Part shown: positions 29,263 through 39,389 of the stretch, piece by piece
Numbering within the stretch: position 1 is the stretch's first letter
How the letters are laid out: each line of letters starts with the position of its first letter
Source of the DNA: Candidatus Foliamicus sp.
Lineage (GTDB): Bacteria; Pseudomonadota; Gammaproteobacteria; Steroidobacterales; Foliamicaceae
DNA length: 64,000 nt
Direction: 5' to 3'
Assembly (NCBI GenBank): GCA_965249285.1
Contig: OZ252226.1
Span: 1,346,891 to 1,410,890, forward strand
Translations under genes and position numbers: made by a program
The notes under the pieces: generated by a model
Database searches by the model: none
Seen by the model: the letters and a program-made list of their open reading frames with translations, nothing else
Told to the model about the DNA's origin: nothing

Positions 29263-31581
29263 ATGCGAATCATAACTGCGCGCCAACCTGAATTTACCAA
29301 GACGACACGACGATTGTCGGGCGTACTGCTCAGTGCGCTGGCGCTTGGCGCCGCCTCGCTGGCTCTTGCCACGTCCGGCGAGTCGCCGGAGCCGCTGCGT
29401 ATCACCGATAGCCATCGCGAAACGGCCAGGGGGGTCGTGTTCTACTCCGAGCGCAAGCACTATGAGCAGATCGAGGTGGACGACAGACTGTCCGAAGCCA
29501 CCCTGCGCAACTTCATCGACCTGCTGGACGGTCAGCACGGGTATTTCCTCAAGAACCAGGAGGCCTATTTCCTCGCAAAGTACGGTAGCCGGCTGGACGA
29601 CGCCATGCGCCGCGGTCAGCTGGACCCGGTGCTCGAAATTTACCGGCTGTTTCGCGAGCGCATGACCAGTTATTTTGACTTTGCCCTGGAATACATGGAC
29701 ACCGAGCCGGACCTCAATACGGAGCGAACCTGGATTCTTGATCGGGAGGACACACCGCGCCCTGCCAGCCAGGCGGAAATGAACGACGTTTGGCGAGACC
29801 GGGTTCGGCACGAGATCATTAACCTGGTGCTGCGCGATCGCAGCTACGATGAAGCCGTCGAGGCGCTAGGCGAGCGCAGCCACGATGAAGCCGTTGAGGC
29901 GCTACGCGAGCGCAGCTACGATGAAGGCGTCGAGGCGCTACGCGAGCACAGCTACGATGAAGGCGTCGAGGCGCTAGGCGAGCGCAGCCACGATGAAGCC
30001 GTTGAGGCGCTACGCGAGCGCAGCTACGAAAAGGCCGTCGAGGCGCTGCGCGAGCGCTATGCCCGACAACGCAAATCCCTGTTCGCGCAGGACTCCGACG
30101 ATGTGTTCGCGGTCTTCATGAACGCCTTCACCCATGCCCTCGACCCACATTCCACCTACTTCTCGCCCAACAATTTTGAGGAATACCGCATTCAGATGAG
30201 CCGCGCCTATTACGGCGTCGGTGCGTCGCTGACGATGGAGGACGACCACGTGCTCGTGCGGGAAGTGCTGTCCGGCGGACCGGCCGAAGAGGACGGCCGG
30301 CTGCGCGCCGGAGATCGCATCACCGGCGTAGACGGCTCAGCCAGCGGCGAACTGATAGACGTGGTGGGGCGGCGGCTGGACGATGTCGTTGAGCTGATCC
30401 GCGGGCCCGCCGACACGCCGGTGGTCTTAAGAATCCTTCCGGGCGGAGAAGCCGCGGGCAGCGAATCCTTTCTGCTCGAACTGACCCGCGGCCGGGTGCA
30501 CCTTGAGGGCGCGAAGAAAGAGTTGCTGACGACCCAGCGGAATGGCGAGAACGTTAACGTCGGCGTTATCCGGATCGCGAATTTCTACTTTGATATGGAA
30601 GGCCGGAAGGCGGGACTGAAGGACTACCCCAGTTCCACCCGCGACGTAAAGCGCCTTATCGAAGAGCTCAAATCCGAGGGCGCGGATAGCCTGATCCTCG
30701 ACTTGCGGCACAACGGCGGCGGTCATTTGAACGAGGCGATATCGCTGGCCGGGCTGTTTGTGGGCCAGGGACCCGTCGTCCAGGTGCGCGAACCCGCAGC
30801 GCGGCCGCAAGTGTTCAGGAACCGCGTGCAAGCGCCCGCATGGGACGGCCCCTTGGTGGTCCTTGTTGATCGCCTGAGCGCATCGGCCTCGGAAATTCTG
30901 GCGGCGGCGATTCAGGACTACGGCCGAGGCGTCGTGGTGGGGCAGCGCACCTTCGGCAAGGGGACGGTGCAGAACATTTACCAGATCAGCCGTAGAAACG
31001 AACCCATGCCGGGGCGCCTGACCCTGACCATCGGCAAGTATTACCGGGTGACAGGCGAAAGCACGCAGCATCGGGGAGTATCCCCGGATATCACGCTGTC
31101 AGCGGCTGTCGCGACGCTTCCGGATCAGGTCATCACCGACGAGATCGGCGAGAGCGCCAGCGACAACGCGCTGCCCTGGGACACGATCCGGGAAACGGAG
31201 TATCCGGGTCAAACGGTTGACGGCGCCACCTTGAACCTGTTGGCGGCAAACCATCAGAGACGCGAATCGGAAGATCCCGATTGGCGCATGCTGCTGGGCC
31301 GCATCAAGGTCCTTCAGGAAATGACCGAACGCGAATCCGAGCCGATTCATCTCGACCGGCGGCGGGAAGATCAGGCCGCGCGCCGGGCGCAGTGGCTGGC
31401 AATGACCAACGAGTGGCTCCAGGAATACGAACTGCCGCCAATTGAGGGCCTGGAAGAACTGCGCGAAATGGATCTGCCCGATGTCGCGCTGGAGCAGGCC
31501 TCAGAGGTCGCTGCCGACCTTGTGCGCCTTCAGGTTGCTTCTACTTCTCCGCCGGCAGCCGCCAGCAGCTCCTTGCAGTGA
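29263..31581 (+). CDS. prc: Carboxy-terminal processing protease Prc/Tsp (S41)
   Basis: DPHSTYF, PDZ domain GVGASL, DLRHNGGG, SASASEI, TFGKGTVQ, GESTQHRGV. Confidence 0.93.
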   Translation: MRIITARQPEFTKTTRRLSGVLLSALALGAASLALATSGESPEPLRITDSHRETARGVVFYSERKHYEQIEVDDRLSEATLRNFIDLLDGQHGYFLKNQEAYFLAKYGSRLDDAMRRGQLDPVLEIYRLFRERMTSYFDFALEYMDTEPDLNTERTWILDREDTPRPASQAEMNDVWRDRVRHEIINLVLRDRSYDEAVEALGERSHDEAVEALRERSYDEGVEALREHSYDEGVEALGERSHDEAVEALRERSYEKAVEALRERYARQRKSLFAQDSDDVFAVFMNAFTHALDPHSTYFSPNNFEEYRIQMSRAYYGVGASLTMEDDHVLVREVLSGGPAEEDGRLRAGDRITGVDGSASGELIDVVGRRLDDVVELIRGPADTPVVLRILPGGEAAGSESFLLELTRGRVHLEGAKKELLTTQRNGENVNVGVIRIANFYFDMEGRKAGLKDYPSSTRDVKRLIEELKSEGADSLILDLRHNGGGHLNEAISLAGLFVGQGPVVQVREPAARPQVFRNRVQAPAWDGPLVVLVDRLSASASEILAAAIQDYGRGVVVGQRTFGKGTVQNIYQISRRNEPMPGRLTLTIGKYYRVTGESTQHRGVSPDITLSAAVATLPDQVITDEIGESASDNALPWDTIRETEYPGQTVDGATLNLLAANHQRRESEDPDWRMLLGRIKVLQEMTERESEPIHLDRRREDQAARRAQWLAMTNEWLQEYELPPIEGLEELREMDLPDVALEQASEVAADLVRLQVASTSPPAAASSSLQ
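29839..30054 (+). repeat. In-frame tandem repeat, 6 x 36 bp (RSYDEAVEALRE), within prc
   Basis: Six units of CGCAGCTACGATGAAGCCGTCGAGGCGCTACGCGAG with minor variants. Confidence 0.95.
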
Positions 31582-32057
31582 AACGGCGGCTGCGCCGCCA
31601 ACCGTGATCGCACCGGCCCGTGGTGTGAGTCCGTCAGAAACTCAAGCCACTTGTCCAGAACACGGTTTCGCCGCCAGCAATCCGCAAAGCTGCGCGGCCT
31701 GCCTTTGAAAGCGCCGTAGCGCTGCGACCAGTAGGCCACTTCGGCCACCCGCGCATCCTGGTAAAGGTTCACGATCAAATCGGGCTCCGGTTCGCTATCG
31801 CCCTCCTGGGGGAAGAGATAGGTCATGCGCAGCACGGTGGTAAAGGCTGACCTGCACTCCACCTCCAAATGCAGTTCGCCGTTGACGGGGCTGTGCGATA
31901 CGTGCCAACCCGGCTGCCTTAACGCGTGACCGAACAGCCGCCACAGGCCGGCATAGTTGCGTTCGTACATGTCGATCAGCGCGCCCAGACCCAGCGGCTG
32001 GTTGCCGAGAAGCATGGCCGGCGCCAGTTGCTGAGAGACAGGTGCGAGCGTAAGCAT
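31530..32057 (-). CDS. DUF1249 (YqiB-like) protein
   Basis: YERNY...MTYLF...PDLIVNLYQDARVAEV...LDKWLEF. Confidence 0.8.
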   Translation of the reverse strand: MLTLAPVSQQLAPAMLLGNQPLGLGALIDMYERNYAGLWRLFGHALRQPGWHVSHSPVNGELHLEVECRSAFTTVLRMTYLFPQEGDSEPEPDLIVNLYQDARVAEVAYWSQRYGAFKGRPRSFADCWRRNRVLDKWLEFLTDSHHGPVRSRLAAQPPFHCKELLAAAGGEVEAT

Positions 32058-32152
32058 GAGAAACCGGAATATAGCAGAGTCCAAACCGCTTGCGCCTGAA
32101 AGACGGCGAGAGTAATCTCGGCTACCGAACTTTATTGTGCTGGGGGAAGGCG

Positions 32153-33055
32153 ATGACCGCACTCTTGAAGGCCACCAACGGAGCATTGATGCGACCGCCC
32201 TTATTGGGGCTGATGGCCTGGGCCACCGTACTGCTGTGGACGCCGCTGGCGCACGCGCTGATGGTGCTGGAGTTCCGCTTGCCGGGTACGGTATCCAAAT
32301 ACCTGCTGAGCTTCCTGATCGGCCTGGTCGGTTGGATCATGGTCTGGAAGGGTTTCAGGCGCGAGGAACTGCCCGCCACTGTGCTCGGCTTCATGGGAGG
32401 CGGCCTCATCTGGCTGGGCTGGATGGAAGGATCGCTGGAGTTTCTCGGCCATTGGCTTAACCCGGAGCCGCTGATGTACCTGGGTGTGGAACTGTTTACG
32501 GCCAACCTGCTGCTGCTGCAGGCGACCGGGGTCTTCCTGATTGCCCTGCTGATCTGGCTGGGCTCCAACAAGGACACGCATTGCCGCATGTTCATGTGGT
32601 TTCACCGCAACCTCAAGCTCACGCCCGCGCGGCGAACCGCAGGCTACAAGCGGCAGTACTCTCGCATCGTGGCGCTGGAAGTGATCATGCTGAACTGGTT
32701 CTTCTACGTGCTGATCCTTGTCCTTTTCGACCCGCGGATTCTGGGGCCCAGGCATGCCGCGACTATTGGGGCCGTCATTGCCGTGTTCTTGTGGGCAATG
32801 TGGCTATTGATCTTCCGCATGCCGTCCATGCGGCAGCCGGCGGCCGCGCTGCGATACGCGGTTCCGTGCGCCAACATCTTCTGGTTTTGCGTCGAAGCCG
32901 GTTCAGCGTGGCAGCTGTACCGGGAACCCTGGATCAGACCCTTCGAATTTCCCTTGACCAACGCATTGATCGGCCTGGGGTTCGCAGCGGGTCTGGTCTG
33001 GTTTTTTAGACGGCGCCAGGCCAAAGCCGGCGCCGAAGCTGTGATGGCGACCTGA
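32153..33055 (+). CDS. Hypothetical multi-pass membrane protein
   Basis: About 8 hydrophobic helices. Confidence 0.7.
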   Translation: MTALLKATNGALMRPPLLGLMAWATVLLWTPLAHALMVLEFRLPGTVSKYLLSFLIGLVGWIMVWKGFRREELPATVLGFMGGGLIWLGWMEGSLEFLGHWLNPEPLMYLGVELFTANLLLLQATGVFLIALLIWLGSNKDTHCRMFMWFHRNLKLTPARRTAGYKRQYSRIVALEVIMLNWFFYVLILVLFDPRILGPRHAATIGAVIAVFLWAMWLLIFRMPSMRQPAAALRYAVPCANIFWFCVEAGSAWQLYREPWIRPFEFPLTNALIGLGFAAGLVWFFRRRQAKAGAEAVMAT

Positions 33056-33065
33056 GGACCCGGAC

Positions 33066-33446
33066 ATGACCTTTGCTTTTTGGTGCATATTCGTAGCCAT
33101 GTGGCTGCCCCTTGCCTGGGCAGGCGCATCAAAATGGGGATTTTCGACATATGACAATTCCCGGCCCCGTATCTGGATGGAAGCGCAGGAAGGCTGGAGG
33201 CAGCGTGCCTTGTGGGCGCAGAGAAATGCCTGGGAAGCGTTTGCGCCGTTCGCTGCTGCCGTGCTTATTGCGCACTATCTCGATGCGGATCAGACCACGG
33301 TGGATTGGCTGGCGGGCACTTTCGTTTTTGCGCGCATCCTGCACGGCGTCTTCTATATCGTGAACAAGTCCACTGCGCGGTCGGTGGCCTGGGGGGTTGG
33401 CTTTATCGCGGTAATCGGGCTATTCGTCGCTTCAGCTTCAGCTTGA
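33066..33446 (+). CDS. MAPEG-family membrane protein
   Basis: YDNSRPR...[16 protein letters not shown]...ARILH. Confidence 0.85.
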   Translation: MTFAFWCIFVAMWLPLAWAGASKWGFSTYDNSRPRIWMEAQEGWRQRALWAQRNAWEAFAPFAAAVLIAHYLDADQTTVDWLAGTFVFARILHGVFYIVNKSTARSVAWGVGFIAVIGLFVASASA

Positions 33447-33986
33447 GCGAAACATCGTCTCGCGGTAGTGCCTGAGCTCGGCGATCGAGGCAAGGATGTC
33501 GGTCTTCGCCCGGTGCCGGCCGTCCTTCTCCACACCTTCCAGCGCTTCAGGCCGCCACAAGCCACCCAGAATCTTGATGCTGCTTACGTCGAGGCTGCGA
33601 TAGTGGAAGAACGCGGCGAGCTCAGGCATGGCGCGGGACAGAAAACGGCGATCCTGGCAGATGCTGGCGCCGCACATAGGTGAACTCTTGGCCGCACAAT
33701 GCTCCATGAGGAATGCCAGCGTGGAGCGTTCGGCCTCCTCAGTGCTGATCCGGCTGGACAAGACCTCGTTGAACAACCCGGAAGCCGTGTGATGCCGGGT
33801 GTTCCAGTCGTCCATTTCATACATCACCGAGCGCGGCTGATGAACAACGATATTCGGACCCTCGGCCACAATTTCGAGATCACCGTCGGTTACTACGGTA
33901 GCGATCTCGATAATATGGTCGCGCAAGGGATCCAGCCCGGTCATTTCCAGGTCGATCCAAACCAGTCGTGAGTCTGTACTGCCCAA
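33438..33986 (-). CDS. orn: Oligoribonuclease
   Basis: [33 protein letters not shown]. Confidence 0.95.
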   Translation of the reverse strand: MGSTDSRLVWIDLEMTGLDPLRDHIIEIATVVTDGDLEIVAEGPNIVVHQPRSVMYEMDDWNTRHHTASGLFNEVLSSRISTEEAERSTLAFLMEHCAAKSSPMCGASICQDRRFLSRAMPELAAFFHYRSLDVSSIKILGGLWRPEALEGVEKDGRHRAKTDILASIAELRHYRETMFRSS

Positions 33987-34028
33987 AACGGCCTCTTGAA
34001 TCATTCGGGCGCGGATTCTAGCCCCAAT

Positions 34029-34931
34029 ATGCCTGAACCGGCGGCTGTTTCACAGAATTTGCAAGACCGGGGGCTGGTAACCGCCTGCTTCGGCCGCCGT
34101 GGGCGTATTGAAACAGCGCCCGGGGAAGAACTTCCGTACCTGGCGCCAAGCCGCCGCCACAAGCCGGTGTGCGGAGATGAAGTGCGGTTCGAAGTCCGCG
34201 CCGATGACTCCCCGGCGCTGTTGCGCGCTATCCTGCCGCGCCGCAACGAGCTGGCGCGGATCGCACCTAGCGGCCGAACCGAAGTCGTAGCGGCCAACTT
34301 TTCGCTGCTCGCGATCATGGCTGCGCCGGCGCCGGCGCCGGACTACGAATTGGTTGATCGGCTGTTGTGCGCCGCCGCGGAGGCCGAAGCGCTGGTTATT
34401 TGGAACAAGATCGATCTCAGCGGCAAACAACCCGGGCGCCTGCGCGAATACCACGACGCCGGATTCGAGATCGTGCCGGTTAGCGCGCTGCTCGGAAAAG
34501 GGATCAGGCGGTTGAAGCGCCGGCTCCGGGGGCACATTACCGTGTTCGCGGGCCAGTCGGGCGCGGGAAAGTCCACGCTGATCAACGCCCTATTGGGGCG
34601 CGAAGCGGCAATTGCAGGGGCCCTGTCGACCAGGGCGCGCCGCGGACGCCACACCACGGCTTCCGCGGCCATGTATTCCCTGCCCGCCGGGGGCCGCCTG
34701 ATGGATATGCCCGGCGTGCGCTCGCTAATGCCGGCACTTCGCGATTACGCTGACTTGACCGCGGGCTTCCCGGAATTCGCCCCGTTCGCCGCCAAGTGCC
34801 GGTTCGCCAATTGCCGCCACCGCAACGAGCCGGGATGCGACGTGCTTGAGGCGGTAGCGGCAGCAAAACTGCCCGGCGGCCGGCACGCCGGCTACCTGGC
34901 GCTGCTGCGCGAATTCGAAGAACTCGGCTAG
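34029..34931 (+). CDS. rsgA: Ribosome small-subunit-dependent GTPase A
   Basis: [35 protein letters not shown]. Confidence 0.93.
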   Translation: MPEPAAVSQNLQDRGLVTACFGRRGRIETAPGEELPYLAPSRRHKPVCGDEVRFEVRADDSPALLRAILPRRNELARIAPSGRTEVVAANFSLLAIMAAPAPAPDYELVDRLLCAAAEAEALVIWNKIDLSGKQPGRLREYHDAGFEIVPVSALLGKGIRRLKRRLRGHITVFAGQSGAGKSTLINALLGREAAIAGALSTRARRGRHTTASAAMYSLPAGGRLMDMPGVRSLMPALRDYADLTAGFPEFAPFAAKCRFANCRHRNEPGCDVLEAVAAAKLPGGRHAGYLALLREFEELG

Positions 34932-35869
34932 CCGCTCCGACCCGGGTATTCCGCTACGCCGGCCAGCGCGCGCAACGGCTTCCTTTGGCCAGTGTTGATT
35001 CGCCCGACGAACTCGCCGGTCTCAAGATCGACCTTGAGCATGAGGCCGCTGAATATGTTGCTCACCAGCGCGTAGCGTGGATCTGCGCAGCAGGAAACAT
35101 CCGACCAGCCGTATTCCGGCAAGGCGTATTCGCGCATCACCCTGCCCTCCTCGTCCAGCATTTCCATGGTCTGCCCGCGAGTGAGCAGCAGCCGTCCGTC
35201 CGGCAGGTAGCGCACCGCAATCGCAAACAGGCCGTTACTGATGTCCTTGCCCGGATAGATCACCAGGTCTTCAAGTTGGCGATCTTCCTTGACGTCATAG
35301 CGCATCACTCGCTTGCCGAGCTCGGTGGTATAGGTGATGAATTGCTCGCCGGGATGCAGCGTAGAGTGCGTCACGCCCTTGAAGCGGGTGGGCTCAGGCG
35401 CGTTCTCAACCTCGAATTCCTTGTCCAGTTCCCAATCGGCATTGTAGCGGTAGATATTGCCGTAACCCAGCACGCCGCTGTCCGGAATCCGTGGAAACTC
35501 GACTGTCGTGAGCTGCTCGATTCCCGGTGGAGGCGCTTCCGCGCACATATGCTCGCCCAGATAGACGCTGCCGTCGCTCGAAAAACTGGCGCTGCGATAA
35601 ACCCGCGGCAGAAACTTGCTCTCCGGCAACTGGCGCCCCGTCGCCGGGTCCACATGAATGACGCACAGATCCTCAAAGGCCCACAACAGCCCCTGGCGGT
35701 CAAACGCCAGACCCCCGACCAAGTGCCGAGTGCCCTCCGTGTAGAGGATTCCCTTAGGCTGGCAATCCGCGTCGTACTGAAGAATGCGGCCGACCCCCGC
35801 ATGATCGTCATCCGGATCATTCAGAAGGGTGCAACCAAGAAAAATGTCGCCGGCCGCAAACGGCTGCAT
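34928..35869 (-). CDS. Hypothetical beta-propeller protein
   Basis: Repeated blade-like motifs (LAFDRQG, SFSSDG, YLPDG); paralogue of 42256-43185. Confidence 0.65.
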   Translation of the reverse strand: MQPFAAGDIFLGCTLLNDPDDDHAGVGRILQYDADCQPKGILYTEGTRHLVGGLAFDRQGLLWAFEDLCVIHVDPATGRQLPESKFLPRVYRSASFSSDGSVYLGEHMCAEAPPPGIEQLTTVEFPRIPDSGVLGYGNIYRYNADWELDKEFEVENAPEPTRFKGVTHSTLHPGEQFITYTTELGKRVMRYDVKEDRQLEDLVIYPGKDISNGLFAIAVRYLPDGRLLLTRGQTMEMLDEEGRVMREYALPEYGWSDVSCCADPRYALVSNIFSGLMLKVDLETGEFVGRINTGQRKPLRALAGVAEYPGRSG

Positions 35870-35955
35870 AGTAGATTCGTATTTCCTACTTATATCAATC
35901 CTCCCCTGGGAGTTTTGGCAGCGGGGCGCCGCTGCGCTGACGCGCAGGGAACACG

Positions 35956-36008
35956 CTGGCAACGAGGGCATCGTGCCCTCGTTGAGGGCTGGAAGCCCTC
36001 GTTCCCAG
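35956..36008. repeat. GAGGGC double-hairpin palindrome downstream of recR
   Basis: CTGGCAACGAGGGCATCGTGCCCTCGTTGAGGGCTGGAAGCCCTCGTTCCCAG. Confidence 0.85.
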
Positions 36009-36019
36009 GCGGCGCCCAT

Positions 36020-36628
36020 CTAATCCACCGCCCTTCGTTGAGCAAGCGCGGACGACAGGGTACCGGAATCCACAAAACTCAACTCGCCGCCCTGCGGCAC
36101 TCCCTGCGCAATCCGCGTTGCCCTGATCCCCAGGCGGCCCGCCATTTGCGCCAAATAGGCGGCGGTGGCTTCGCCCTCTATCGTTGCGCTGGTAGCCAGA
36201 ATGAGTTCCTTGACCACGTTTTCTTCCAGCCGCTTTTCCAAACGATCCAGACCCAGCTCATCGGGGCCGATCCCGTCCAGCGGAGAAAGCCGGCCCGACA
36301 ACACGAAGAACAGGCCGCGATAGGCGGCCGATGCTTCTACCGCGGCCAAATCCGAGGGTGATTCCACCACGCACAACTGGGTAGGATCACGACCCCCGGA
36401 CTGGCAAATCAGGCACAGGTCCCCGTCGGCCAACATTCCGCAGCGCGAACAGGGCCGCACCGAGGTCAGCGCTTCGGCCAGGCTTCGCGCCAGCCGGCGC
36501 GCGCCTTCCGGCTGGCGCGCGAACATGTGCAAGACCATGCGCTCCGCCGACCGCGGGCCCACGCCCGGCAGGAACTTCAGCGCTTCCAGCAGCTCGGCAA
36601 GCCGAGGCGGAAAAACATTCGCGGTCAC
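36020..36628 (-). CDS. recR: Recombination protein RecR
   Basis: LPGVGPRSA, C4 zinc finger, Toprim VVE...LSPLDGIGP...EGEAT. Confidence 0.96.
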   Translation of the reverse strand: MTANVFPPRLAELLEALKFLPGVGPRSAERMVLHMFARQPEGARRLARSLAEALTSVRPCSRCGMLADGDLCLICQSGGRDPTQLCVVESPSDLAAVEASAAYRGLFFVLSGRLSPLDGIGPDELGLDRLEKRLEENVVKELILATSATIEGEATAAYLAQMAGRLGIRATRIAQGVPQGGELSFVDSGTLSSALAQRRAVD

Positions 36629-38553
36629 AGCTTGGACTGGGCCTCGGCGGAATCGACCGGCCGAACGGATCCAGATTCAATCTTTGCTTCGAATATCTCA
36701 AGCGATGCCTGAACGAAGGGATCCTCCTTGAATTCCTGTTCGGCTCGCTGCTGGCGCCGGCGCTCTGCCTCCCGGTTCCTACCAGCCAGAGTCTCCCCTT
36801 GGCCGGCGCCGGCAATTTCAATCTCGACCTCGCTGAAGGCCGGCAGCGCTGCCAACAGCGCAGCGCGCAACTCGTGGCGGGCCTCGGTCGTAAGCAGGTT
36901 CTCATGTTCGCCATCGAGACGCAGGCGAATGCACCCGTCTGCCGCTTCCGCCAATTCGCTGTGCGCGGCAATTTCTCCGCAGAGGCCATCCAGCTCCAGC
37001 TTCGCCACCGTTTGCGGCCAATCTTGTGGACTCAAGGGCTCGCTCCTAGTGGACCGAGACGACTGTTCTGCGAGCTCTTGCTGTTCCACCGGCTCGGGAG
37101 ACGGCACGGACGGCGCGCTGTTTTTTCCCGGCTCGGGAGGCGGCGCAGGAGGCGCGCTGCTCTCGACCGGTGCGGGAGGCGGCACAGGAAGCGCACTGCT
37201 TTCGACCGGCTCGGGAGGCGGCGCAGGGGGCGCGCTGCTCTCCACCGGCACGGGAGGCTTCGGAGGAGGCGCACTGCTTTCGACCGGTGCAGGAGGCGCG
37301 CTGCTCTCGACCGGTTCAACCTGCGGTGGTTCCGCGGGTGCGGAGGCAAGCTTGCGCGCCTTCGGCTCTCCCATGGGCGCTGACCGGCGCATGCGCGGCG
37401 CCGGCCCTTCCGTCGCGGGCGGTCTTGGTGAATCCGCTTGGTCCCGCCGGGCGGTCTGGTTCAAGGGCGACTCCGGTCGAAACGCAAGCATGCGAAGCAA
37501 CGTCATTTCCAGACCGAGACCCGGATCAGGGGCCAGAGGCAAGGTGTTGCGGCCCTGAATCGCGATTTCATACCACAATTGCACCTGGTCGGCCGGAAGC
37601 GCTTCCGCCAGCGGCACAAGCATTTCCGACTCGTCGTCTTCATCGAGAATCTCGGCTCCCACCGCCTGCAACAGCGCCAGGCGCTGCAGCGCCGCCGCCA
37701 TCTCGGCCAGGATATTTGCCGGATCAGCCAGACGTTCGCGCAGTTCCCCGGCGCCGTTCAGCAGTGCTTCGCCGTCGCCGGCCGCAAGAGCATTGAGCAG
37801 ATGAATAATGCTCGGCTGGTCCGCGCCGCCGAGCATGTCGGCCACGTCCGTCTCGCGGACCGCATCGGCGCCGTAGGCAATAGCCTGGTCGAGCAGACTC
37901 AAGGCATCGCGCATGCTGCCGTTGGCGGCTCGCGCCAGGCGGCCCAGCGCTCCCGGCTCGGCGCTAACGTCCTCACCCTTGCAAATGGCCATAAGCTGAT
38001 CGGTAATCGTCTCGCTGTCCATGGACCGCAGATTGATCTGCAGGCAGCGCGACAGCACCGTTACCGGGAGGCGCCGCGGCTCGGTGGTCGCGAGCAGGAA
38101 TTTGACGTGCGGAGGCGGCTCCTCCAGTGTCTTCAACAGCGCGTTGAACGAGGAAGCACTCAGCATGTGCGCTTCATCGATCAGGTAGATCTTGTAGCGG
38201 CCCACTGTAGGCGCGTACTGCACGTTCTCCAGAAGTTCGCGAGTCTGCTCCACCTTGGTGCGCGAAGCCGCATCCACTTCCATCAGGTCCACAAAGCGGC
38301 CTTCCTGAATACTGGCGCAACTCGCGCATTCCCCACAGGGTTCGGGCGCCGCATCCTTCTCACAGTTCAGCGCCGCGGCAAGAATCCGCGCCAGCGTGGT
38401 CTTGCCCACTCCCCGGGTTCCCGCGAACAGCCAGGCGTGATGCACCTTCTCGGCGCTAATCGCATTGGATAGCGCACGCACCGCATGCGGCTGCCCGCGC
38501 ACTTCGGAGAACTTGCGCGGCCGCCATTTGCGCGCCAGAACCAGGTAACTCAT
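36625..38553 (-). CDS. dnaX: DNA polymerase III subunit gamma/tau
   Basis: MSYLVLARKWRP, GTRGVGKTT, IDEAHML, LSRC. Confidence 0.97.
   Translation of the reverse strand: MSYLVLARKWRPRKFSEVRGQPHAVRALSNAISAEKVHHAWLFAGTRGVGKTTLARILAAALNCEKDAAPEPCGECASCASIQEGRFVDLMEVDAASRTKVEQTRELLENVQYAPTVGRYKIYLIDEAHMLSASSFNALLKTLEEPPPHVKFLLATTEPRRLPVTVLSRCLQINLRSMDSETITDQLMAICKGEDVSAEPGALGRLARAANGSMRDALSLLDQAIAYGADAVRETDVADMLGGADQPSIIHLLNALAAGDGEALLNGAGELRERLADPANILAEMAAALQRLALLQAVGAEILDEDDESEMLVPLAEALPADQVQLWYEIAIQGRNTLPLAPDPGLGLEMTLLRMLAFRPESPLNQTARRDQADSPRPPATEGPAPRMRRSAPMGEPKARKLASAPAEPPQVEPVESSAPPAPVESSAPPPKPPVPVESSAPPAPPPEPVESSALPVPPPAPVESSAPPAPPPEPGKNSAPSVPSPEPVEQQELAEQSSRSTRSEPLSPQDWPQTVAKLELDGLCGEIAAHSELAEAADGCIRLRLDGEHENLLTTEARHELRAALLAALPAFSEVEIEIAGAGQGETLAGRNREAERRRQQRAEQEFKEDPFVQASLEIFEAKIESGSVRPVDSAEAQSKL
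37085..37320 (-). repeat. Imperfect in-frame Pro-rich repeats (PVESSAPP) in the DnaX linker
   Basis: Five PVESSA units plus degenerate PGKNSA and PVEQQ units. Confidence 0.85.
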
Positions 38554-38677
38554 GGACGCACGCTATCGGGGATGGAAATACTGCATTGAATGGCGGAGAA
38601 CTTGCAGGCGGATTCTCCAGTTCATGCCGGCAAGGTTACGTGTCCCGGACGACCCGGTCAATCTCGGCCAAAGCTAA

Positions 38678-39365
38678 TGTTAGGAACAAATAAGCTGTCC
38701 GCACTTGTAACAAATGATCTGTCCGGTTCTGATCCCGCCCATTTTGAATTGAGGGTGGTGAAGGAGGAGACGGACACAATGGTTACAGGAGGCGAAGCGG
38801 ATGAGGTTTGAAGAGGCCTATTCGGGTTGGGGCGAGCGGCGTTTGACGCAGGTGCAGGCGGCCCTAGTTGCTGGGGGTCTGTACGCGGACCTTTCGGCGC
38901 TACATACACCGCTATGAAGACGAGGGACTGGACGGTCTTTTGGACCAGCGGATGAGTCAGGTTTCGCATCGCCGGGCGCCGGTGGATGAGGTTTTGCGGA
39001 TGGTGGACCGGGATCGCCGGCGTCATGAGGGCTGGAGCGCGAAGCACTACTACGCCTGGTATCGCCGGGATGGAGGCCAGCGCAGCTACAACTGGGTGCG
39101 GACCCATCTTCAGGCGTCCGGCGCGGTCAGCCAGTCGCCGCGCAAGGGGGCGCACCGCAAGCGCCGCGAGCGTTCGCCGTGGCCGGGGATGCTGTTGCAC
39201 CAGGACGGCAGTTCGCATGAGTGGGTGGCGGGTAGGACCTGGGACTTGATGGGGACCATGGACGACGCCACTTCCGAGCACTACTCGATGTTCTTTTGCG
39301 AGGAGGAAGGCACGCACAGCAGTTTTGTGGGGGTTCGTGACGTGATCGAGCCGCCACTCATATAG
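38678..39365 (+). mobile_element. Truncated ISNCY/IS1202-like element
   Basis: TGT end with tandem sub-repeats ACAAATAAGCTGTCCG / ACAAATGATCTGTCCG; MRFEEAY...(frameshift)LGVCTRTFRR...LHQDGSSHEW...MDDATS; 3' part missing. Confidence 0.78.
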
Positions 39366-39389
39366 CTGCGTCCTGTTCGACTGTTTTTC

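Noticed and set aside
29839-30054. 36-bp repeats as a CRISPR array
   Set aside because: The units are contiguous with no spacers, lie in frame within prc, and no cas genes are present.
38554-38680. SRP RNA (ffs) upstream of dnaX
   Set aside because: The conserved CAGG...GGAA...AGCA helix-8 motif is absent.
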